Shown in pieces: positions 1 through 8,759 of a stretch of 64,000 bases of DNA. Origin of the DNA: Azolla caroliniana. Lineage: Eukaryota > Plantae > Polypodiophyta. The notes under the pieces are model-generated. The model searched no databases. It was given only the letters and a program-made list of their open reading frames with translations, and was not told the origin of the DNA. Positions within the stretch are counted from its first letter, which is position 1. Every line of letters begins with the position of its first letter. The stretch is from the NCBI GenBank assembly GCA_043228905.1, contig JBHGNT010000009.1:3782001-3846000 (forward strand). The letters are read 5' to 3'. A program made the position numbers and the translations under genes.

Positions 1-507
1 GTAAGGCAGTGAACTTTAGGATAATGTCGTGGAAATAACAAACCTATTAGGCTTTCATACCTGTATTTAAAATTGATCTACTCTATTGCTTAGGTGATTC
101 ACACAAGATCAAACTCCGAACGATAACGCAACTGGAACCATTATCAACACACTACACAATCTAAGCAGCAATGGAATAGAAACATAATAGTTTTAACAAT
201 AGAAGACAAAGATCCATAATAACAACATGGACAGTCATGGCAACAATTATAGGGCCATGTTCTATTAAGGTTAGCTTGGACCAAAATCAGCCTCCATTTA
301 AACTAGTTCATATTTCTCCATAAGTTTGGTAGTCAGCTATGCACGCGGTGAAACCAATGTCATAAATCTACTAATCAAGTATATAAAAATAAAATTGAAA
401 CATATAGAAGATTATAAAGAGTAGAATCCACTAGGTAAAACCCAAAATTTGTATTAATAATGTGAAATCTTAACAAATCGTCAGTGTCATATTCTTTATA
501 GAGTTTA

Positions 508-1797
508 TTACATAGCAATCAATTCATCAACGTCATTTTCTTCATCATCTTGTGTAGAACTGTCTTCGGCTATACGTGCATTGGTTTCCCCTGTTAGCCG
601 AGCCAACGAAATATCTTCTATAAGCTCATCATCAAGCTCTATTAGCTCCCCCGGTTCGCCGGCTAACGGAGGAATAGGCTCTCGCGAAGCAGGTTGAAAC
701 CTTTCTGTATTGGCGAGGTTCTTTGCACCGACCTCCTCATCTTGGTCTGGGCACTCCCACAAAGCCTTAATCCGCATATTAATAAATATAACTTGGTCCT
801 CGTCCTTCTCCAATGCAACTGTATTTCTAAACAGCTTCAATGCACATGCTGACGTAGTTCCTATGATGTAAGTAACAAGAAGATTTAGTTGTCAAACGAA
901 AAAAAAGTGATTGGTTATCTCAAGATCGTTACCCTAGTTCGAGGAATACCTGTGCCAGAAAAGAGATCTAATATCCAGTCTCCTTCGACAGAAAACATCT
1001 CGATCAAGCGCATCATAAGTCGTTGAGGTTTTTGGTATGGGTTGACAAGTCCTCGTTCTGTCGTGGTGACATGTCGCAATTTCCGAGTCACTGCTGGATA
1101 TACCAACAGATTTGAACCTCCCACTTCATTAGAATGCTCTTTGATTCTCTGTTTCTTAATTTCATCGAAGTAGCCAACCGTTATGTATTCAATGGCATTA
1201 ACGAACCGAAAAGTTGGCCCTCTATTTACATTGGTCTTGATCCTATAAAAAATAATTCATTGAGTTAAGAATAGATTCAACAACCTTAAGAATTGCAATA
1301 TAATGAAAGACACCTATAAATAATCCTTACCATGCAAGGTTCTCGATGCCATGGCAACGAGATCTCAAAGCTTGAGCTACCGAGTACCCTTGGTCCATAC
1401 TATGAAAGACAACTATTCGCCACAAGGATGCGGTCGTTAGCTCAGCGAAATCCTTGACCATCTTCTCCAATTGTTTAAACCTAAACGGTTCATCGTCGTA
1501 TGATGACCCAGCCATTCGAAATCCGTAAGGAATATCCGCAATCATTAGCGTATATTCCTTCTTTGGCACCTTCTGGATCAAGTCGATGACATCACCGCAA
1601 ACCACATTGTAGTAAAGATCTCTCGTAATATCTTTTTTGTGGCTAAAATTTTTAAACGAGCCATCTTCCTCCATTTCGTACGCCTTGACTAAGCGACGAT
1701 CCTTTTCTTTTCTGGCTCGCTCGAGATGTGCAAGGAAGGATGTAGGGAAATCGTGTATATCCTTAACTTCTCCTTGTTTCTTGCCTCGACACGGTTT
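508..1797 (-). CDS. Amino-DNA methyltransferase (N6_N4_Mtase-type) catalytic domain, exons 4-6
   Basis: ORFs 1327-1674, 915-1124 and 508-840 join through introns 1330-1243 and 949-861. Motif IV (DIPY) precedes motif I (FSGTG), the beta-class order. This portion has no internal stops and ends in an acidic tail. Confidence 0.88.
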
Positions 1798-2179
1798 CTA
1801 ATAGAAGCAATAGGACATCAGGTATTATTATACAAGCTCTACATATGATGAAAGGGTAATGAAAAAACATGAATACTAACCCAATCCTTGAATGCAATAA
1901 AATACCCTGATAACGCCTTATACGAAGACGTTAGAGGATAATCCTCGGTCACTTGTTCCCAAGTTATACATCCAAGTTGTTTCATCATAACTTCTTGGAT
2001 CTTCATGTACACCTTATGACTGTAAAATTAGAAATCAAGATTAGAACTTTGAATTACACCAGATAGACTACAATTTCAGTATTTGAAAGACATACTTATT
2101 GAACTCAGTGACCATTTCTTCAAGGCTTAAATCTTTCACCACAACCCTTGACAAAACCGACACAAGAAGCTGCTCGTCC

Positions 2180-3481
2180 TTAATACCTTGCATCGCTCTC
2201 CATAGAGACAGCTTCTTCAATTGTCAAGTCAATTTTCTTGGCGACTTGTGACTTTAACTCTAGTTGAGGGTCAACCCGACATTTCTTTTGTCGTTGACCC
2301 TTTACCTCCTTATTCTCCCACATTGAGAAGATTTGATCTTGTAGGTCCCATACTTCTCCATCTCTAAACGCCAATTGAAACCAAGACTCATACTTTCGAA
2401 GACCATCGGACCTAACATTATCATCTACCACAATGTTGACTTCATGCAGACATTGACGTCGAAGGCCTGGATGTAACTTCACACCAAACTTTTGTTTCAC
2501 ATCTAAATACTCGTGGTGGAAGAACCGTATACGCTCAATAGACGACATTTTCTGCCTATAGTCATTATCATTATTATGGTCCCATGCCAACAGCTTAGCC
2601 TCTTCGGTTGTGAGCCCAACATAAATTTTGCACTCGGCATACTTGAAGAAGAAAGTGGTTGGATGTTCTCTCACAAGTTGCCGACGTGCCTCTGCTGAAT
2701 GCGATCCACCAATGACAAAATAATTATATTGATCATGCTTTCTAATATCAAAATCTTCAATGGTTTCACATTCTTCAGGATCTACCATAACAATAAAAGG
2801 CACCACAGTGGCATGAGGATTAATTTTCATTTTTTTCTTGAGATTTTGAACATGCATGCGGTGAGGCTCTCTAATCTCAAGTGGTCTTCGACCTGTTTTT
2901 TCATCAATAGGGGGCCGATGGATGTGTGTTATAGGCAAATTAAATACTTGCCCTTTCCTGACCAGCTTCCGTTGCATTAACTCTCTCCTTATTTTATTCT
3001 GCTCGGATGACAAAACACCCGAGGCCAGCTCGGCTCCTGGCGTCCCCTTATTATCCTCTTCTTCATTTTCACTTGTTGAATCCGTATCCGACATTTTCGT
3101 TGTCTTCTTCTTTGCTGGTCTTGACTGGACTTTGGATACCTTTTTTGTGGCCTTCAATGGGGAGGGCACTTCATCTCTTAGAGTTACATGGCCTTGTATA
3201 TAAGGCCTCAAGGTAACAATAAGGTTTTGTGAGTTATCAAGTGCTTTTTTGAACACTTCTGGCCCACAAGATTCCTTTACTAAAAGGTCTTCTGAAAGGA
3301 ACACTTTACGTACCCCCTTGGAGCACTCTATCATTACCAGTATGTTGGCCGAATCTGCATCTTCGTAGTCAAATCGTAGAATACGGCCATACATAAATGG
3401 GGTTTCTTTTCCAAGCTGCCCCTCACCCTTCTTCTTTGTTGTATACAATACGACTTTTTTCTTTGAGTCGACATATTGCAT
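2180..3481 (-). CDS. ParB/Sulfiredoxin-like domain region of the methyltransferase gene (bulk of exon 2)
   Basis: Pattern LPITHI..IRE..HVQNLKKKM..VPFIVMV..YFVIGGSHSAEARRQL..CKIYVGLTTEEAKLLAWDHN follows the ParB N-terminal consensus, with GGSHS in place of DGxHR. It is preceded by a beta-rich N-terminal segment and a Lys/Glu-rich linker. Confidence 0.65.
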   Translation of the reverse strand: MQYVDSKKKVVLYTTKKKGEGQLGKETPFMYGRILRFDYEDADSANILVMIECSKGVRKVFLSEDLLVKESCGPEVFKKALDNSQNLIVTLRPYIQGHVTLRDEVPSPLKATKKVSKVQSRPAKKKTTKMSDTDSTSENEEEDNKGTPGAELASGVLSSEQNKIRRELMQRKLVRKGQVFNLPITHIHRPPIDEKTGRRPLEIREPHRMHVQNLKKKMKINPHATVVPFIVMVDPEECETIEDFDIRKHDQYNYFVIGGSHSAEARRQLVREHPTTFFFKYAECKIYVGLTTEEAKLLAWDHNNDNDYRQKMSSIERIRFFHHEYLDVKQKFGVKLHPGLRRQCLHEVNIVVDDNVRSDGLRKYESWFQLAFRDGEVWDLQDQIFSMWENKEVKGQRQKKCRVDPQLELKSQVAKKIDLTIEEAVSMESDARY

Positions 3482-4135
3482 ACACCATTCCTTGTCCGTT
3501 AGATCTCGGTCAGGAAGGTCTTCGCCTCCAGTAGCGACGACAAGTTTCTTTTGCTAACATCACTATGTGGCTGAGATTTTGTCTCTTCGTTAAAGAGAAG
3601 CTTTTTTCCTCTCTTCATGATCTCAGGAGCTACCTTGGTCTGGGCTTCGATTGGAGAACCTTGTATGCGAAGCTTAATTTTCTTCACGGGTCGGTCCGAC
3701 AGGTTCTCAAACGACCTATTTAAGAAAGTATATGCAAAAACATAAGTTAGGCAGTCACGTAGATTGAGGTTGTATATTATAATGAAGAACAGTTTCCAGG
3801 AGCAGTAACATATTCAAAAATCTATTATAGGCAGGGCTATTCAACCTAGAAAATATATATCGTAATAAGTAAAACGGGTTATATATTCTTTTAAATAGTA
3901 GGTATGACTTATATAGATTCTAAACCTATATTGAGGAGAATTTGCCATAGTAAAGGCAATTTGTGGATCATTTTCTACTATTTTAAGCTAAAGTAGGTCA
4001 TCAAGCACCTATAATTAGAGCATGTATTTCTTTAAAAGTAAGTAAAGTCAACATAAAAAAGACTGATTTTGCCAGACAATTTGATATCATTTCCACCCCA
4101 TAAACGAATTTTCTCTCTCAAAGCCTTCTTATATA

Positions 4136-4801
4136 CAGGGACTCGATACGCCGTATCGAGTTCGTGTTTAAAACCTACACTTTAAACAGGAACTTGATAC
4201 GCCGTATCGAGTTCGTGTTTAAAGTTTGAATTTTAAATAGGAACTCGATACGCCGTATCGAGTTCGTGTTTAAAACCTACACTTTAAACAGGAACTCGAT
4301 ACGGCATATCGAGTTCGTGTTTAAAACCTACACTTTAAACAGGAACTCGATACGGCGTATCGAGTTCGTGTTTAAAACCTATACTATAAACAGGGACTCG
4401 ATACGCCGTATCGAGTTCGTGTTTAAAACCTACACTTTAAACAGGAACTCGATACGCGGTATCGAGTTTGTGTTTAAAACCTACACTATAAATAGGAACT
4501 CGATACGGCGTATCGAGTTCCTTTTTAAAATTTAAACTTTAAACACGAACTCGATACGGCGTATCGAGTTCGTGTTTAAAGTGTAGGTTTTAAACATGAA
4601 CTCGATACGGCGTATCGAGATTCTTTTTGAAACCTACACTTTAAACACGAACTCGATACGGCGTATCGAGTTCGTGTTTAAAACCTACACTTTAAACAGG
4701 AACTCGATACGCGGTTTTAAACAGGAACTCGATACGCCGTATCGAGTTCGTGTATAAATATTTGTATTGTATACATGAACTCGATACGGTGTATCGAGTT
4801 C
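4136..4801. repeat. Tandem array of ~14 x 51-bp palindromic units inside intron 1 of the methyltransferase gene
   Basis: Unit is TTTAAACA(G/C)GAACTCGATACG-(C/G)-CGTATCGAGTTCGTGTTTAAA plus an 8-bp spacer, mostly ACCTACAC. ACTCG cores start at 4141, 4192, 4243, 4294, 4345, 4396, 4447, 4498, 4549, 4600, 4651, 4702 (half unit), 4727 and 4779. Confidence 0.97.
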
Positions 4802-5029
4802 TTGAGAAACGAAACATATTTACAAAAATGTCCACAGTGTCAAAGGCCTACCTGGAGTCCTCGCGCTCGATTCTCTTTGAAGACATGGTTGATCGTGTTG
4901 AAGTGGAGGTGGAGATCGCGCTTTCGTGCTTTGTGCTCTGAGTGCTTTGTGTGCTCTATGTGCTCTCTACGTTCTGTGTGCTCTGTACGCTCTGTACGCT
5001 CTGGTGAGTGAAATATGACGAGGTCTTCC

Positions 5030-5037
5030 TATTTATA
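5030..5037 (-). promoter_or_regulatory. TATA box of the methyltransferase gene
   Basis: CCCTATAAATAGG on the minus strand, ~145 nt upstream of the ATG at 4886, which sits in the context CAACCATGTC. Confidence 0.6.
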
Positions 5038-5682
5038 GGGATTGAACACATTGGTTAAAGTAACCATAGTCACCTTAACCAAGGTTGGTAACTTTGAGGA
5101 TAGTTAGTTGGTAACCATAGTCACATTAACTAGAGTAACTTATGATTGTATTAATGATTACAAAGTCAAACTAACACATTGATCAATCTTTTATAGTCAT
5201 AACAACCTACAATGACTTCAAAGGTTATGAAGGAGACAATGATAGAGGTTCATGAATGTACCAATGATTGATTACTAAAAGCAACAATTTTTATGACTCT
5301 CAAATGTTATGTATTAAAGATGTGGGCATGAATTAACCAATGATTGATAAGTCTAATATTTAAAATGGTGAGCATTAAAGAACCAATGCGTGAGACGTTC
5401 TATATCAAAATGGGTGCCATTAATTAGCCAATGATTTTAACATTAATCCAACATATTCATGGCTTGTTAATGATTAGTTTTATATTTTACTTGATTTAAT
5501 ATCATTTAGATCTAGTTTATATAATGATTGATAATTTAAGTACAATTACTTTATTAAAAATAATTTTTAGATGTATTGTATTAATAGAATATTACATAAT
5601 ATAGACATTCTATTGATTTGGCTTTTGTTTAGAGAGAAGTTTATGTTTAGGGAGGAGTATATGTTTAGAGAGGAGTGAAGAT

Positions 5683-5832
5683 TCACCGTTCTCGATTGAA
5701 GAATATTGTTTGTCATCAGACCCATCGTTTTCTACTGAAGAGTATTGTTTGTCAACAGAGTCACCATATTCGATTGAAGAATATTGTCTGTCGACCGACT
5801 CACCATATTCTATCGAAGAATATTGTCTGAGC
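5683..5832 (+). repeat. 39-bp coding tandem repeat, 4 copies (SPYSIEEYCLSTE)
   Basis: Units start at 5683, 5722, 5761 and 5800, with a partial copy near 5872. Confidence 0.9.
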
Positions 5833-6335
5833 TCATCTACAGGGAATGTAAATAATGATACATGTGAAGAGTTCTCTATTGAAGAATACGATATTAATAA
5901 AGATACCGAGAATGAAGGAAGTGCCCAGGAAACATTGAATAACATTGGCGATGGTCACAACAGAGAATTAGACTGTAACAAGGTTACACCAACCTCTATG
6001 CAGGAAGAGAAATCTGGGAGCCCTATGCATATTAGAAGAATCCCACGAAGAATTCGTCTGGCTAGATTTAGCTTGGTGACATCAGATAAACAGATTGGAT
6101 TTGATGTCAACAAAATATGTTGTGCCCGTGGTTGTATGTCTATGATTGGAAAATCAAAGTTGCGAGAATTAAGGCGATACTATTTTTCGATGACTGGTGA
6201 TGAGCAAGACACTTACCTCGGATCACATATGCAACTAGTATCTGACAAATGTACGGGGATCAAAGTATCATTCGAGTATTATATCTTCCATGCGCAACAG
6301 ATATGTAGAGTTGCATTCAAAATTGCGTTATGTGT

Positions 6336-6447
6336 TAGTAACATGCGGCTACATAGAGTACAACAACGTCTACTTAGCGGGGATCAGATGCTAGTAACAT
6401 GCGGCTACATAGAGTACAACAACGTCTACTTAGCGGGGATCAGATGC
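6336..6447 (+). repeat. Exact 56-bp tandem duplication that frameshifts the transposase
   Basis: TAGTAACATGCGG...GATCAGATGC occurs at 6336-6391 and again at 6392-6447. Confidence 0.95.
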
Positions 6448-8759
6448 TCAATTGTAAAGAGGTTCCAAGTATGAAAGGTGCAATTGGAAGACTAGCTATT
6501 GGCTGGATGAAAACTTACTTTCAGTTAAATTGTGAAGTAATGCCCACTACAGGTAGGATGCATCTTTCTGATAATTATACCCGTCGGGAAGTTTATGATG
6601 TCTATCGATCTGAAATGCTGGGCTCACGTAATAAGTCTATCACCTATAGCCAATTCACAAGATTATGGAGAGCTCGGTTTTCAAATATTATTATTCCTCG
6701 TAAAGTACGTATGGGGTATTGCTCCATTTGTGCAAATCTTAAAAGTTTGGCTAAAGGTGCAAAGACATCAATGGAAAAGGATACGAGTAAGAAGTTACTA
6801 CAAGAGCATCGTGAGGCACAATCCTTAGAACGAAGGAAGGCGATGCATCATAGAGAGAAAGTGTTTGAAGAGGCCTGAACAATACATGTGCTTAATGATA
6901 GATGGCATGGACCAGAAGAAGACATGCTTGCCGCATATGCGGAGGCTCCCCAAAGATGTCAATGATGAGTGCCTTGTTCAAATGCACTTGGTGGGATGCT
7001 TGGCTTATAATAGGTCTGTTCGACCTCACGTCTTCATTACTTACCCCAATGTTCACAATGACCCTAACCTAACAGTTACAGTGATTCACCGAGTTTTGAT
7101 GTCTTGGGGACAACCTTTCCCCCCTGTTTTATACATTCAATTGGACAATGAATTGTTTAGGAAAGTGAAAGTCAATTTCCTTTTGGTTGGCCACACACAT
7201 GACCATATAGATCAAATGTTTAGCACATTCTCCAGACAGTTGTCTCGGCATGATGCTTTCACTTTACCTAAACTATTTGATGTCATTTGTGATGCATATA
7301 CACCACGCCCAAAAGTGTTACACTTGAAGGAGGTATATGACTTTAAGAGATATATATTAGATGGGGGTGGTGGGAATGTTAAAGTGCTTGCTCAGTTAAA
7401 CAATATAAGTTTCAATCACATTTTTTTGATAAAGAAAAATGGAATAAGTGGTTCTACACTTTTGTATGCTAAACAATATTCATCTTCTACAACATGGGAA
7501 CCTGAAGGTGGTTGCCAGTTATTACTTTGTATGCCGAGTACAATTGTCCATGGAGCTAAGCAAATGCCAATTGAGAAGAAAGGACAGTTGCAGAGCGACT
7601 TGGTATCAGAACAAAAACGGTCATGGCTCCAAGCCTTAGAAGAAAAAAGAAAGCATATTGAGGCCGCCAAGAAATATGCCGCACAACAAGACACGTCATG
7701 GTGGGATGTATTTTATAGTGATCAGAAAGAAATTATAGACAATTGTGTATCTGTTGATAATTGGAATTTGGAAACGCCATTCACATGGTCGCTGCAACAT
7801 GATCGCGTAAATAGAAGTCTGGAGCGACTAGTAAATGCGATTAATGACAGCTTGGTCCATCCACAACAAAGAGACATTTATGTGGGACCAAGGATGACCA
7901 AAGCAGCCGAAGCTAGATGGCAAGGAAATTTGCAAGAGCTCACCGCGGGGATGTTGATTGCAACGCCGGCTGATGAGAACTCACATGGCCACCAATTTTG
8001 GGTTGGTAAAATTCTAGAAGTGCTAATGCATGAAATAGAAAACACGATCAAGTCTATAAATGTTCATTGGTACAACACTAGAAGTGCAAATGCTTTTACA
8101 GGTAAGTATACATTGGAGATGATTGAATGCCAAACAAGAAGGGGAGGTAGGAAGAGGAAGCGAAACATTCGTAACACCTCGACCCTTGATATCTCTGATG
8201 TGGATATCATCGTGTATGACTTCACACTTACAAAAGCCGGACGATTAAGGAAGTCAACAATAGATATAATAAAAGAAAAATTACCAGGTCTACAAGGTGG
8301 CTCGAGTCAAAGGCAAACGAGATCTGCTACATATAATCTAGAGTCAAACCATTTGGTTTATGACGAAGATAATGCACTGATTGGTACATCCGAGGATGAT
8401 GAGGAGGAATCGTCATTGTATATTAGTTATAGTAGTGATTCTCCGTAAAGGAGTGATCATGAATGTATATTTGGCTATTAAGTGTAACTACATTCCGCTT
8501 GTAACAAATCGAGTAATATAAAATCATGTGTTTTGAATTCTTATGATTTCTAAAAAATCGTTTCTTATAAAATAACATTGGTTGTAAAGTTTGTGATATA
8601 AATTGAGAATGTATGTTTTTGAAATTCGTCTTTTTTTAGTTACTTCTAAATCACGAAAATAGTGGATTTTTAACCTTTTTCATAGTATGTTTGAACTTGT
8701 ATGATACTGGTATCAATGTGTTTTGTAAAATCATTGAAAAACCCCTAAAATTTCCCTTA

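Larger units (their letters stand above)
508..4886 (-). pseudogene. Six-exon gene for a ParB/Srx-like domain fused to a beta-class N6-adenine/N4-cytosine DNA methyltransferase (~968 aa); two frameshifts in exon 2
   Basis: Exons on the minus strand: 4886-4852, 3715-2096, 2019-1881, 1797-1331, 1242-950, 860-508. All five introns are GT-AG and frame-preserving. The spliced product has ADIPYG (motif IV), LAWIKTN..FVNAIEYITV, YQKPQRLMMRLIEMFS and WILDLFSGTGTTSACALKLFRNTVALEKD (motif I). Frameshifts lie at ~3551 (A-run) and ~2215. Confidence 0.85.
5632..8448 (+). pseudogene. Sola-like DDD/E-fold transposase with Cys-rich N-terminal motifs and a possible BAH/Tudor-like C-terminal domain; disrupted
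   Basis: ORFs 5710-6474, 6399-6878 and 6865-8448 form one gene. Motifs: CCARGC, ICRVAF, CSICANL, MIDGMDQKKT, LYIQLDN, FLLVGHTHDHIDQMFS. Lesions: a 56-bp duplication, a frameshift at ~6865, and an apparent ~20-codon loss after QLDN. The true start codon was not identified. Confidence 0.7.

Noticed and set aside
508-3481. Bacterial or phage contamination, or a restriction-modification operon
   Set aside because: Five frame-preserving GT-AG introns, a TATA box, no restriction nuclease, and contiguity with plant transposons.
4266-4535. 89-aa ORF of 17-aa repeats
   Set aside because: It is a by-product of the 51-bp repeat period, has a non-ATG start and is antisense within an intron.
4136-4801. 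CRISPR array
   Set aside because: Spacers are only 8 bp and mostly identical, there are no cas genes, and the array lies in a spliceosomal intron.
5610-5945. 111-aa minus-strand ORF with repeats
   Set aside because: It is the antisense reading of the 39-bp repeat in the transposase N-terminus.
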